From a plasmid, in sequence record NZ_LR134454.1: DNA of 64,000 nucleotides. One strand, written 5' to 3'. The notes below the pieces were generated by a model. The model was not told where the DNA came from and searched no databases. It saw nothing but the letters and a program-made list of their open reading frames with translations. Within the stretch, counting starts at the first letter, position 1; every line of letters begins with the position of its first letter. Of the stretch, positions 7,993 to 17,276 are shown piece after piece. Position numbers and translations under genes: made by a program.

Positions 7993-8727
7993 CCCGTCCA
8001 TGCGGATCGTCTCGCCGTTCATGTAGTCGTGCTGCGAGAGGAAGTACGCGAGATCGGCGTACTCGGACGGCTCGCCCAGACGCTGCGGGAACGGGACGCC
8101 CGCCTCGAGGGTCTGCTTGAACTCCGGGGTCACGCCCGCGAGCATCGGGGTGTTGATGATGCCCGGCGCGATGGTGTTCACGCGGATGCCGAACTGCGCC
8201 AGGTCGCGCGCGGCGGTGATGGTCATGGCGTGCACGCCGCCCTTGGAGGCGGTGTAGGCGATCTGGCCGATCTGGCCCTCGAAGGCCGCGACCGAGGCGG
8301 TGTTGACGATGAGGCCGCGGGAGCCCTGCTCGTCGACGGCCTCCTGCTTGCTCATCTGGTCGGCGGCCAGGCGCATCACGTTGAACGTGCCCACGAGGTT
8401 GATGTTGATGACCGTCTGGAACAGGTCCAGCGCGTGCGGGCCGTTCTTCGACAGGATGCGGCCGGCCCAGCCGACGCCGGCGCAGTTGACGGCCACGCGC
8501 AGCGGGCCGGCCTTGACGGCCTCGGCGATCGCGGCGAGGACCTCGTCCTCCTTGGTCACGTCGGTCGCGACGAGGTGCACGTTCTCGACCGGGGTCGCCT
8601 TGTCGATCGACGGCTGCAGGTCGAGGCCGAAGACGGTGGCGCCCGCATCGGCGAAACGCTTCGCGGTGGCGGCGCCGAGGCCGGATGCGCCACCGGTGAC
8701 GATGACGGAGGAGCCGGAGACGTCCAT
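7969..8727 (-). CDS. SDR-family oxidoreductase (3-hydroxyacyl-CoA dehydrogenase type-2-like)
   Basis: TGGASGLG Rossmann motif. YxxxK catalytic motif (YTASK). Confidence 0.85.
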   Translation of the reverse strand: MDVSGSSVIVTGGASGLGAATAKRFADAGATVFGLDLQPSIDKATPVENVHLVATDVTKEDEVLAAIAEAVKAGPLRVAVNCAGVGWAGRILSKNGPHALDLFQTVININLVGTFNVMRLAADQMSKQEAVDEQGSRGLIVNTASVAAFEGQIGQIAYTASKGGVHAMTITAARDLAQFGIRVNTIAPGIINTPMLAGVTPEFKQTLEAGVPFPQRLGEPSEYADLAYFLSQHDYMNGETIRMDGAIRMAPR

Positions 8728-8786
8728 GGCTGATTCCCTTCTGTAGTGGAGCGCACTCGCCGGAGGGCGGCGCGACCCACCTCACA

Positions 8787-9518
8787 TTAGTGAAGGGCGG
8801 TTCTTCCGGGCCCGGGGGTGCTCTCCTCCGGGACCTCCGGGTTCGACGGTGCCGCCGCCGCGCGGTGCGCCCGGTGCACGACGAGCCCGCCGCCGATCAT
8901 CGTGACGGCGACGACCAGCCCGGTGACGATGCGGCTGATGCCGTCGAGCTCCGGCCAGGCCTCCGCCAGGAGCCAGGCGCCGAAGCCGAAGAACAGGATC
9001 GTCGCGCCGATCGCGATGGCGCGCTCGGGCAGCCGCGAGCCGAGCAGGGCACCCACCGCGATGGCGAGGGCGTCGGCCGCGACCATGCCGAGCGTCGAGC
9101 CGACCCACACGCCGAACCAGTTGTGCTGCGTGGTGAGGGTGATCGTGGCGAGCATCGTCTTGTCGCCGAGCTCGGCCAGGAAGAATGCGGAGGCGACGGC
9201 GAGGAAGACGGAGCGGGTGACGCGGTCCGCGGTGCCGCTCTCGTCGTCGGAGAGGGTGTCGCCGCGCCAGGTCCAGAAGGCGAAGACCAGCATGGAGATG
9301 CCCGCGACGGCCGTGATGAGCTGGGTGGGGATGGCGGAGCCGAGCGCGAAGCCGATGCCGACCGAGGCGATGTGGGTGAGGGCGGTGGCGGCGGTGATGC
9401 CCAGCAGCACGACCCACCACTTGAAGCGGGCGGCGAAGGTCATCGCCATGAGCTGGGACTTGTCGCCGAGCTCGGCGACGAAGACGACGGCGAAACTGAT
9501 GAGCAACGCGTTGAGCAC
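8787..9518 (-). CDS. UPF0016 (TMEM165/GDT1) family membrane protein, putative Mn2+/Ca2+ exporter
   Basis: Two E-x-G-D-K-(S/T) motifs (ELGDKSQL, ELGDKTML). GTG start chosen 9 nt after GGAGG. The upstream part of the longer ORF probably belongs to the riboswitch leader. Confidence 0.8.
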   Translation of the reverse strand: MLNALLISFAVVFVAELGDKSQLMAMTFAARFKWWVVLLGITAATALTHIASVGIGFALGSAIPTQLITAVAGISMLVFAFWTWRGDTLSDDESGTADRVTRSVFLAVASAFFLAELGDKTMLATITLTTQHNWFGVWVGSTLGMVAADALAIAVGALLGSRLPERAIAIGATILFFGFGAWLLAEAWPELDGISRIVTGLVVAVTMIGGGLVVHRAHRAAAAPSNPEVPEESTPGPGRTALH

Positions 9519-9544
9519 GGTGCGAACCTCCTGCGAAGACCTGT

Positions 9545-9690
9545 GCCACACGGATCCGACCGTCGGACCGCGCAAGTGGCACAAAGGTCTCGCCCACCGG
9601 AAGCCGTTGCTCCGGTTCGTGCGGCCGGGCTCTCGCCAGTGTGTCGACCGCGCGATTGGGGGCTACTCCCCTTCGTGCGAGTTCCAGGTT
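9545..9690 (-). ncRNA. candidate yybP-ykoY-type Mn2+ riboswitch in the 5' leader of the UPF0016 gene
   Basis: The minus-strand leader contains GAAGGGGAGUAGCCCCCAAUCG…UCGACACACUGGCGAGAG. GGGGAGUAG is a hallmark of the yybP-ykoY aptamer. UPF0016/TerC exporters are canonical targets. Confidence 0.45.
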
Positions 9691-9821
9691 AGTCGTATGG
9701 TCTCGAAATAACAAGTAGCGCAGGAGTTTTGAAGCCCTGTCTCGATTCTTCACGGGCCCGGCGCGAGGGTTTCGGGTGCCCGGATCCGACGGTGCCGGGC
9801 GCCCGGCGCGGTGCCGCGTGG

Positions 9822-10427
9822 TCAGTCGCGGACGGCGAGGAGCTGCGCCATGGGGAAGCGGTAGTCCTTGTCGCGGAAGACGATCCGCCACGCTTCTTCG
9901 AAGCCGGCCTCGGCGAGGACGCGGGCGAACTCGTCGGGGTGCCAGCGCCAGGCGGGCGCGACGGCGTGGTCGAAGGCGAGCGGCGGGCCGGGCTCGTCGG
10001 CCGCCTGGAAGGCCACGAGGACCGGCGTGCCCGCGTCGACGAGGGCCGACCAGGCGCGCACCGTCGAGCGGACCTCGCCCGGTTCCACGTGGATCAGGCT
10101 GAACCGGGCGAGGATCGCGGCGATCGGGCCGTCGGGCAGGGCGGCGAGGGAGGCGTCACCGTCGACGAGGGGCAGCGCCGGGTGCAGGCGTCGCGCGTGC
10201 GCGAGCATGCCGGGGCTGGGGTCGACGCCGATCACGTCCAGGCCGCGTCCGGCCAGGTCGGAGGCGACGTGGCCGAGGCCGCAGCCGACGTCCACCGTCC
10301 GGCCCGGGCGACCCGCGGCGGCCTCCGCGAAGGCCGCCGCGGCGTGCCGCTCGATGGGGTACTGGTACGGCTCCGGGAACATCGCGGCGTAGGTGTCGGC
10401 GAGGGCGTCGTATCCCGGTTGTGTCAT
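9822..10427 (-). CDS. class I SAM-dependent methyltransferase
   Basis: Motif I VDVGCGLGH and the methyltransferase fold pattern. Confidence 0.8.
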   Translation of the reverse strand: MTQPGYDALADTYAAMFPEPYQYPIERHAAAAFAEAAAGRPGRTVDVGCGLGHVASDLAGRGLDVIGVDPSPGMLAHARRLHPALPLVDGDASLAALPDGPIAAILARFSLIHVEPGEVRSTVRAWSALVDAGTPVLVAFQAADEPGPPLAFDHAVAPAWRWHPDEFARVLAEAGFEEAWRIVFRDKDYRFPMAQLLAVRD

Positions 10428-10551
10428 GCGCCCACCCTCGCATCGACCACTGACACGAAGCGGTTCGCCGGCAGCCGGGTGCGGCGGGAACGACGAAACC
10501 CCGCCGGCGCGGATGCGCTGGACGGGGTCTCGAGGCTGAGGGAAGAAGGAC

Positions 10552-11154
10552 TCAGGCGGTGGCGGCGGCGTAGCGCGCGGCGACGTCGTCCCAGTTCACG
10601 ACGTTCCACCAGGCCTTGACGTAGTCGGCCTTGACGTTCTTGTACTGCAGGTAGAAGGCGTGCTCCCACATGTCGAGCATGAGCAGCGGGGTCAGGCCGA
10701 TGGAGATGTTGCCCTGCTGGTCGGTGAGCTGCTGCAGCACGAGGCGCTTGCCGATGTGGTCGTAGGCCAGCACGGACCAGCCGGAGCCCTGCAGCGTCAT
10801 GGCGACGGCGGTGAAGTGGGCCTGGAACTTGTCGAAGCCGCCGAACTGCTCGTCGATGGCCGCGGCCAGGTCGCCGACCGGCTTGTCGCCACCGTTGGGC
10901 GACAGGTTCTTCCAGAAGATGGAGTGGTTGGTGTGGCCACCGAGGTGGAAGGCGAGGTTCTTGGAGAGCAGGGGCGCCTTGGTCGCGATCGAGCCGTCCT
11001 CGCGGGCCTCCGCGAGCTGCTCGAGGGCCTGGTTGGCGCCGGCGACGTAGGCGGCGTGGTGCTTGCTGTGGTGCAGCTCCATGATCTCGCCCGAGATGTG
11101 GGGCGCGAGCGCGCTGTAGTCGTAGTCGAGGTCCGGCAGAGTGTAGACGGCCAC
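10552..11154 (-). CDS. sodA: superoxide dismutase [Mn/Fe]
   Basis: Full-length SOD. Metal ligands and the [11 protein letters not shown] signature are present. Confidence 0.95.
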   Translation of the reverse strand: MAVYTLPDLDYDYSALAPHISGEIMELHHSKHHAAYVAGANQALEQLAEAREDGSIATKAPLLSKNLAFHLGGHTNHSIFWKNLSPNGGDKPVGDLAAAIDEQFGGFDKFQAHFTAVAMTLQGSGWSVLAYDHIGKRLVLQQLTDQQGNISIGLTPLLMLDMWEHAFYLQYKNVKADYVKAWWNVVNWDDVAARYAAATA

Positions 11155-11353
11155 GTCTTTCCCTTCGATTGCGGAAGCGATCGCTTCCTGGTTGGTCCTT
11201 CGTACCCTTCCAGCCTTTCTTATCTGGAATGGTTCCGCAATAAGGACGGCCGAAAGCGCATGAAGTGCGGTTGAGGTTCTCGGCGGGATCGGCGCAGGCC
11301 GACGGTGCGCCGACCGGCGGAACCCGCGCGGTTCGCCCGCGAGGCGGGGCGGA

Positions 11354-11506
11354 TCAGCCCAGGACGACGATGAGCACCAACGCGATCGCGAGCACGGCCA
11401 CGGTGAGCAGCGTGCGGGTCAGCGAGCGCGAGAAGTACACGGTGCACGAGCTGCGCGACGCGGCGTCGGGCCCGGTGGCGAGGGAATGGGTGTGCTTGAC
11501 CGTCAT
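11354..11506 (-). CDS. possible small membrane protein (50 aa, C-terminal TM helix)
   Basis: Not in the ORF table because it is under 60 aa. Sequence is ATG…[56 protein letters not shown] lies 7 nt upstream. It shares wobble positions with the plus ORF 11370..11588, so the coding strand is ambiguous. Confidence 0.25.
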   Translation of the reverse strand: MTVKHTHSLATGPDAASRSSCTVYFSRSLTRTLLTVAVLAIALVLIVVLG

Positions 11507-11531
11507 CGCGCCGCCTTCCGTGTGTTGCACC

Positions 11532-11547
11532 TGTGAAGCTCGTCACA
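11532..11547. promoter_or_regulatory. perfect CRP/FNR-type palindrome TGTGA-N6-TCACA
   Basis: tgtgaagctcgtcaca in the intergenic, lower-GC region. It matches the consensus of the actinobacterial CRP (M. tuberculosis Rv3676) family exactly. Confidence 0.3.
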
Positions 11548-11796
11548 GATGTGGTGTGGAACACTGTAGCGGACCTACACAGCAGTAGGAAATCGATCGC
11601 ACGGAACCGCCGGAAACGGCGTCCGTGGACAGTCGGGCGCCGAATGTCCGATGTTTGTTGTTCATTCAAGCAAATGTGACCTACTAGACCGATGGATTGA
11701 TTTACGGCGTCCACCTGCGCAGGCGCCGCGTCGACCGATAGAAACGCGGCCGCTTTCTATCGCAAACGCTTGGATTCCCGAGTCCGGCGCGGGACG

Positions 11797-12204
11797 ATGG
11801 TGGACATGACCGGAACCAGCTTCGGGGCGCGCACCCAGCGCCTCAGCGGTGATCGGGCCGGCCGCGTTCGCACCCTCGTCGGCGGCCGCCAGACCCGCGC
11901 CGACATCGTCGTGTCGATGACACTGCTCGTCGTGTCGTTCACCGCGACGATCATCAATCTCGTCCTCGCGGTGCGTGCGATGCCCTCGATCCGCGAGTGC
12001 GCAGCGATGGCGTGCACGTACACGGGCACGTTCGACGTGCTGGCCATCACCTTCCTCACGTCGCTGCTGCTCGGCACGACCTTCGGCGCGCACGCCGTAC
12101 TCAACCTGCTCAACCGGCGCAACGCCTGGGGCTATGCGCTGCTCGACGCCCTCGTCTCGTTCGGCTGCGTGTTCGGCGGCCTCGCCTTCGCGTCCACGCT
12201 CTGA
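11797..12204 (+). CDS. hypothetical membrane protein (3–4 TM helices)
   Basis: ORF 11770..12204. Internal Met at 11797 chosen. Hydrophobic segments are present. Confidence 0.5.
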   Translation: MVDMTGTSFGARTQRLSGDRAGRVRTLVGGRQTRADIVVSMTLLVVSFTATIINLVLAVRAMPSIRECAAMACTYTGTFDVLAITFLTSLLLGTTFGAHAVLNLLNRRNAWGYALLDALVSFGCVFGGLAFASTL

Positions 12205-12230
12205 GGCGCCCGGTCGGCGGCGCTAGCCTG

Positions 12231-12656
12231 GTGTCCATGACCACGACCGCGCCCTCGGCATCCTCGCGCTTGCGGGCGTCCGCGTGGCCGCTGGCCGCCG
12301 CGGCGGGCACGGGCGCCGTCGTCCTCGCGCTGCACCTGCGCGATCCGCACGTCCAGAACAGCTGGGGCGTCTGCCCGCTGTACGCCGCGACGGGCCTGTA
12401 CTGCCCCGGCTGCGGGGGCCTGCGCGCCGTCAACGACGTCACCAACGGCGACTTCCTCGCCGCACTCGGCTCGAACGCGCTGATCTACCCGGCCGGCGCC
12501 GTGCTGGTGTGGCTCTGGCTCGGCTGGCTCGGCCGCCGGGCCGGCTTCACGGTCCCCGCGGTGCCGCAGAACAAGTACCTGTGGATCAGCGTCGGCGTAC
12601 TGACCCTCGTGTGGACCGTCGCGCGGAACTTCCCCGGATCGCCGCTCGCCCCCTGA
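12231..12656 (+). CDS. DUF2752 domain membrane protein
   Basis: CPGCGGLRA motif characteristic of DUF2752. Start at GTG 12231 or ATG 12237. Confidence 0.65.
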   Translation: MSMTTTAPSASSRLRASAWPLAAAAGTGAVVLALHLRDPHVQNSWGVCPLYAATGLYCPGCGGLRAVNDVTNGDFLAALGSNALIYPAGAVLVWLWLGWLGRRAGFTVPAVPQNKYLWISVGVLTLVWTVARNFPGSPLAP

Positions 12657-12703
12657 CCAGCGGCGATGACCGGGTGTCGGATTCGCCCGCTACCGTCGGG
12701 GCC

Positions 12704-13612
12704 ATGAGTCCCCTCGTGACCGAACTGCAGGACGCGGCGAAGGCCGCCAGCCACCGCGTGCGCGCCGCCCTCGGGCAGGCCGGGGGCGTCGTCCCCGTCG
12801 TGCGCCTCGAAGGCCCCATCGCGGCGCCCGCCATGTCGGGCGGGCTCGGCCGCGGCACGCTCAACCTGGCCGGGGTCGAGTCGGTGCTCCGCCGCGCCTT
12901 CGAGACCGACGACGCCGTCGCCGTCGCGCTGGTCCTCAACAGCCCCGGCGGTTCGCCCGCGCAGTCCGAGCTCATCGCCACCCGGATCCGGCAGCTCGCG
13001 GCGAAGCACGAGCTGCCCGTGCTCGCCTTCTGCGAGGACGTCGCCGCGTCGGGCGGGTACTGGCTGGCCTGCGCCGCCGACGAGATCTTCGTGACCACCA
13101 CCTCGATCGTCGGGTCGATCGGCGTCATCTCCGCGAGCTTCGGGGCGAAGGAGCTGATCGGCAAGATCGGCCTCGAGCGCCGCGTCTTCACCGAGGGCGA
13201 CGCCAAGCACCGGCTCGACATGTTCGAGGACGTCCGTGAGGGCGACATCGAGTGGCTCCACGGGATCCAGGGCGATATCCACAGCGCCTTCCGCGAGTGG
13301 GTGACCAGCCGCCGCGGCGACCGCCTCGGCGAGGACCCGGCCCTGTTCACCGGCGAGGTGTGGATCGGCCGCAAGGCCGTCGACCTGGGGCTCGCCGACG
13401 GTGTCGGCACCCTGCGCGGCGTGCTCGACGAGCGCTTCCCCGACGCCGAGGTCGAGGCCATGCACACCCCGAAGCCCCTGCTGGCACGCCTCCTGGGCGG
13501 CGGCACCGCGATCGACGGGGCAGGCCTCGCCGCGTCCGTCACGGCCGGCGTGCTCGACGGCGCGCTCGCCGGCCTGCAGCGCCGCGGCCTGTGGGCCAAT
13601 TTCGGGGCTTGA
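12704..13612 (+). CDS. S49-family peptidase (SppA-like, ClpP/crotonase fold)
   Basis: Internal ATG at 12704. The catalytic region LNSPGGS…SGGYWLA is typical of signal-peptide peptidase SppA 36K type. Confidence 0.75.
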   Translation: MSPLVTELQDAAKAASHRVRAALGQAGGVVPVVRLEGPIAAPAMSGGLGRGTLNLAGVESVLRRAFETDDAVAVALVLNSPGGSPAQSELIATRIRQLAAKHELPVLAFCEDVAASGGYWLACAADEIFVTTTSIVGSIGVISASFGAKELIGKIGLERRVFTEGDAKHRLDMFEDVREGDIEWLHGIQGDIHSAFREWVTSRRGDRLGEDPALFTGEVWIGRKAVDLGLADGVGTLRGVLDERFPDAEVEAMHTPKPLLARLLGGGTAIDGAGLAASVTAGVLDGALAGLQRRGLWANFGA

Positions 13613-13744
13613 CATGCTCGATCCACAGGGCGCGGAATCCGCGCTGGTGAAGCGCTCACAGCACAACCCTCAAGTTGTGGATGAGCCTGTGGAAACTGTG
13701 GATGAATCGTCGGCGGCCCCCGCTGCCCGTGGAAGACTGGAGCC

Positions 13745-14095
13745 ATGACGGACTACCCCGCCGACGGTCCGATCCCCGTCGACGCCCTGCCCGAGGACCT
13801 CGCCGCCGCGCCGGGCCTCACCGTGCTCGACGTCCGTGACCCGGGCGAATGGGACCTCGGGCACGCCCCCGGCGCCGTGCACCTGCCGCTGCCCGACCTG
13901 CCCGTCCGCTTCGAGGAGATCGACCTCGACGCCCAGGTGTACGTGATCTGCCGCGGCGGCGGGCGCTCCGAGCAGGCCGTGCGCTACCTCGAGACCGTGG
14001 GGATCGAGGCCGCCGTGGTGGACGGCGGGATGATCGCCTGGGCGTCCGCCGGCCGCCCCGTCGTGCGACCGGACGGCAGCCAAGGGGCCGTCTGA
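13745..14095 (+). CDS. rhodanese-like domain protein (sulfurtransferase)
   Basis: Active-site loop CRGGGRS. 116 aa single-domain rhodanese. Confidence 0.8.
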   Translation: MTDYPADGPIPVDALPEDLAAAPGLTVLDVRDPGEWDLGHAPGAVHLPLPDLPVRFEEIDLDAQVYVICRGGGRSEQAVRYLETVGIEAAVVDGGMIAWASAGRPVVRPDGSQGAV

Positions 14096-14928
14096 TGCAC
14101 CCGAACCCCGCGCGCACCGCGCAGCCCCGCGCCCGGTTCCGCTGGCTCGCCCGGCGACCGCCCGAGACGCTGCCGGTACCGGGCCGCGCACCGTCGGCCC
14201 CGAAGCCGACGCCGCGCTACCCGGCGACTCCGCGCTGGGGCCTGCGCCAGGACTTCACCCCGGCGGCGCCCGCCGCCCCGACCACCGCCGAGGCCGCGGC
14301 CGACGCGACCCCCTTCGTCCTGCGCCTGACCACCGGCATCGTGCTCGCCGCGGCGGTCGTCGAGGCGCTGGCCTACCTCCTGCTGGTGATCAACCGGTCC
14401 GGTCCCGTGCCGGGGTGGCTCGCGGGCGTCGCCACCGTCGCGGTCTTCGCGATCGGCTGGCTGGCGGTGATCGCGGTGATCGCGCTGTTCGTGGTGCTCA
14501 CGCTGTGGCTGCGGGTCTCGCGGGAGCGGGCCTTCGCGGCCCTGGGGACCCGCGAACCCCGTCCGGCGTGGCAGCTGTGGGTGTACTGCCTGGTCCCGGT
14601 GGTGAACCTGGCCGCCGCGCCCGTCCTCGTTCTGGAGCTGGCCGACGCGCAGCGCCGCGCGGCGGGGGAGGCGACGGATCGTCGCGCGATGTTCATCCGG
14701 CGATGGTGGGCCGCGTGGGTCGCGCTGACTATCGTCACCGTGGGGTGCGTGGCGTACTCACGCGCGGCCGGCGGCCTGCAGCACGGCGCCGACGCGATGG
14801 TCTACACCGCGCTGACCTACCTGCTGAGCGGGGTGTTCCTGCTGGTCACGGCACGGTTGGTCCGCATGATCGACGGGGGGCCGACGGCCCGGGAGCTGGA
14901 GGACGGGACGCGATGGTTGGCGGCGTAG
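14095..14928 (+). CDS. DUF4328-like membrane protein with Pro-rich N-terminus
   Basis: ATG overlaps the rhodanese stop by 1 nt (14095). Multiple TM helices. The WxxW-rich C-terminal pattern (RRWWAAW) is DUF4328-like. Confidence 0.6.
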   Translation: MHPNPARTAQPRARFRWLARRPPETLPVPGRAPSAPKPTPRYPATPRWGLRQDFTPAAPAAPTTAEAAADATPFVLRLTTGIVLAAAVVEALAYLLLVINRSGPVPGWLAGVATVAVFAIGWLAVIAVIALFVVLTLWLRVSRERAFAALGTREPRPAWQLWVYCLVPVVNLAAAPVLVLELADAQRRAAGEATDRRAMFIRRWWAAWVALTIVTVGCVAYSRAAGGLQHGADAMVYTALTYLLSGVFLLVTARLVRMIDGGPTARELEDGTRWLAA

Positions 14929-15671
14929 CGGGGATCGTGGCCCATCGGGGCGCCAGCGGCGAGTTCCCCGAACACACCATGAGCGCCTTCGAGGCCGCCG
15001 TCACCGAGGGCGCCGACGCCATCGAGTGCGACGTCCGGCTCACCAAGGACCAGCACCTCGTCTGCCTCCACGACCGCACCGTCGAGCGCACGTCCGACGG
15101 GACCGGCGCCGTCTCCGAACTCGACCTCGCAGACCTGAAGACGATGGACTTCGGCTCGTGGAAGCGGCCCGGCCACCCCGAGCCGGTGGTCACGCTCGAC
15201 GAGCTGATCGAGCTGGCCCGCACGTCCGGCCGCAAGCTCTTCGTCGAGACCAAGCACCCCGTCCGCTTCGGCGGCATGGTCGAGCAGAAGCTGCTCGCCG
15301 CCCTGCAGCGCCACGGGCTCACCAAGCCCGACGACCTCGCCGACGCGCCCGTCGTCGTCATCTCCTTCTCCGGCTCCGCGATCTGGCGCGTGCGCCGCAA
15401 CGCCCCGGGCGTCCCCGCCGTGCTGCTCGGCGAGGCCTCCCGGCTACTCGGCGGGGGAGCGGCCACCGCGGTCCGCGCGCAGGGCATCGGGCCGTCGGTG
15501 GACTCGCTGCGCGAGCGGCCCGACACCGTCGCCAAGGCCCGGGCCGCGGGCCGGTTCACCTACTGCTGGACCGTCGATTCCGAGGCCGACGTGGCCCTGT
15601 GCAACGGCCTCGGCGTCGAGTGGATCGCCACCAACCACCCGGCCCGTACGCGGTCCTGGCTGCGGGGATAG
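14913..15671 (+). CDS. glycerophosphodiester phosphodiesterase (GlpQ/UgpQ family)
   Basis: HRG…E…D…H motif of GDPD (VAHRGASGEFPEHT). Internal ATG at 14913 overlaps the upstream gene by 16 nt. Syntenic with M. tuberculosis glpQ1 near sodA. Confidence 0.85.
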   Translation: MVGGVAGIVAHRGASGEFPEHTMSAFEAAVTEGADAIECDVRLTKDQHLVCLHDRTVERTSDGTGAVSELDLADLKTMDFGSWKRPGHPEPVVTLDELIELARTSGRKLFVETKHPVRFGGMVEQKLLAALQRHGLTKPDDLADAPVVVISFSGSAIWRVRRNAPGVPAVLLGEASRLLGGGAATAVRAQGIGPSVDSLRERPDTVAKARAAGRFTYCWTVDSEADVALCNGLGVEWIATNHPARTRSWLRG

Positions 15672-15680
15672 GCTTTCCGC

Positions 15681-16577
15681 ATGGGTAGACGCGAACGCAA
15701 TGCCACTCCCCGCGAGGGATCGAACCGTGCCGAGAAGGTGGCCGCGCAGCGCGCCCGCGCCGAGGCCAGCACCGCGGACACCAGCCGTCCCTTCGAGGGC
15801 CTGGCCGCCGAGTGCGACATCGTCGCGCTCCGCAACTTCGTGCCCAGCGCGACCGCACCGCTGACGGTCGCCGGCGCGAACCGCGAGATCCGCCTCGCGA
15901 CGGTGCTCCCCGGCGCCGCGCAGGCTCTGGTCCGTGAGGAGGCCGACGGGGTCATCGGCTACGCCGCCCTGCAGACCGCCACCCGCCCGCTGCAGCCCGG
16001 GGCCGCGCTCGCCGGCGCCGCCCGCTTCGCCGCCGACGCCGCGGTGGGAGAGGCGCTGTCGGAGGAGTCCGACGGTGCGCTGCTCGAGGTCCTCGCCGCC
16101 GACGCGCCGCTCGAGGTCACCGTGCACAAGGACTTCGACTGGTGGCTCGCGGGCGAGGCCGACGCCCAGACCCGGCAGCTCGTCGAGCACGCCAACTCGC
16201 TCATCACCCCCGCCGCGCGCCTCGACCTGGGCGCCGACGGCGTCGGCGCGCCGTGGTGGGCCGACACCGGCTCCAAGGCGCACCTGCGCTGGGTGCACCC
16301 CGCGCCGGAGGACGAGCTGATGGCCGCCCTGGCCCGCGTGCACGCCGCCGGCGGCCTCACCGTGGGCGAGGGCTCGCGGTTCGCCGGCTCGTTCCGCTCC
16401 GACGGCCTGCTCGTGCCCGTCTTCGACCTCGACCGCGAGTCGCATCCCGACGAGTGGGTGGCCGGCACCGTCGAGCTGGCGAAGCGTCTCGCCGAGGCCC
16501 TGACCGACGACTCCGAGCTCACCGCCGCGCAGCGGCGCTCCCGCGACGGCCTGCGCGGCCGCCAGGTCTCGCTGTAG
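15681..16577 (+). CDS. conserved actinobacterial hypothetical protein (DUF5926-like)
   Basis: 298-aa ORF with high GC3. No catalytic motif recognised. Confidence 0.55.
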   Translation: MGRRERNATPREGSNRAEKVAAQRARAEASTADTSRPFEGLAAECDIVALRNFVPSATAPLTVAGANREIRLATVLPGAAQALVREEADGVIGYAALQTATRPLQPGAALAGAARFAADAAVGEALSEESDGALLEVLAADAPLEVTVHKDFDWWLAGEADAQTRQLVEHANSLITPAARLDLGADGVGAPWWADTGSKAHLRWVHPAPEDELMAALARVHAAGGLTVGEGSRFAGSFRSDGLLVPVFDLDRESHPDEWVAGTVELAKRLAEALTDDSELTAAQRRSRDGLRGRQVSL

Positions 16578-16607
16578 ACCGGCCCGGCTGACCCCGCTCC
16601 GGCGGGG

Positions 16608-17267
16608 TCAGCCGTGGAAGCGGTCGCCGAGGGCGCCGCGCAGGTACGCGAGGATCGTCTGCCGCACGTCGTAGCTCTCGGCGCTCGGATCCAGCGCGCC
16701 GAGGGCGCGGGCGAGCCGAGGCCGGTCGATGACGTGCTGCGGGATCTCCCGCTCGTACCACGCGCTCGACGTCGGGCGGGCGTCGCGCATCGCCTGGTTG
16801 GTGCGCACGGTGACCTCGCCGATCGTGAACCGCCACAACCCCAGAAGCAGGTGCAGCGACTCGTCCTCGGGGATGCCGATCTCGTCCGTGGTCCGCAGGA
16901 ACTCGTCGAACGACCACGCGGAGTAGGCGTCGATGATCTCGTCGGCCGAGAGCACGTCGATCACCCACGGGTGCCGGGTGAGGTGGTCGATCACGATGAG
17001 CGGCAGCTGCACCAGCCGCTCGTGCGGATCCTCGGCCAGCTCCGGCACCGGCGTGTTCCACGACTGGTGCTCGAGCACGGCGCCGAGCAGGTCGTTCTTC
17101 GAATCGAAGTAGTGGTAGATGCCCATGGCGCTGATGTCGAGGCGCGCCGCGAGGGTGCGCATCGAGAACTTCAGCGGGCCGTCGGTGGTGAGGATGTCGG
17201 CCGCGGCGGCGACCACCTGCTCCCGGTTCACCTTCGGCGGACGGCCGATACGGCCGCGTTCAGTCAT
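16608..17267 (-). CDS. TetR/AcrR-family transcriptional regulator
   Basis: N-terminal HTH (FSMRTLAARLDISAMGIYHYF). Confidence 0.85.
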   Translation of the reverse strand: MTERGRIGRPPKVNREQVVAAAADILTTDGPLKFSMRTLAARLDISAMGIYHYFDSKNDLLGAVLEHQSWNTPVPELAEDPHERLVQLPLIVIDHLTRHPWVIDVLSADEIIDAYSAWSFDEFLRTTDEIGIPEDESLHLLLGLWRFTIGEVTVRTNQAMRDARPTSSAWYEREIPQHVIDRPRLARALGALDPSAESYDVRQTILAYLRGALGDRFHG

Positions 17268-17276
17268 GGCGCCACC

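Noticed and set aside
10424-10669. Small minus-strand ORF between the methyltransferase and sodA
   Set aside because: Arg-rich low-complexity translation with no RBS or motif. It is probably a non-coding spacer.
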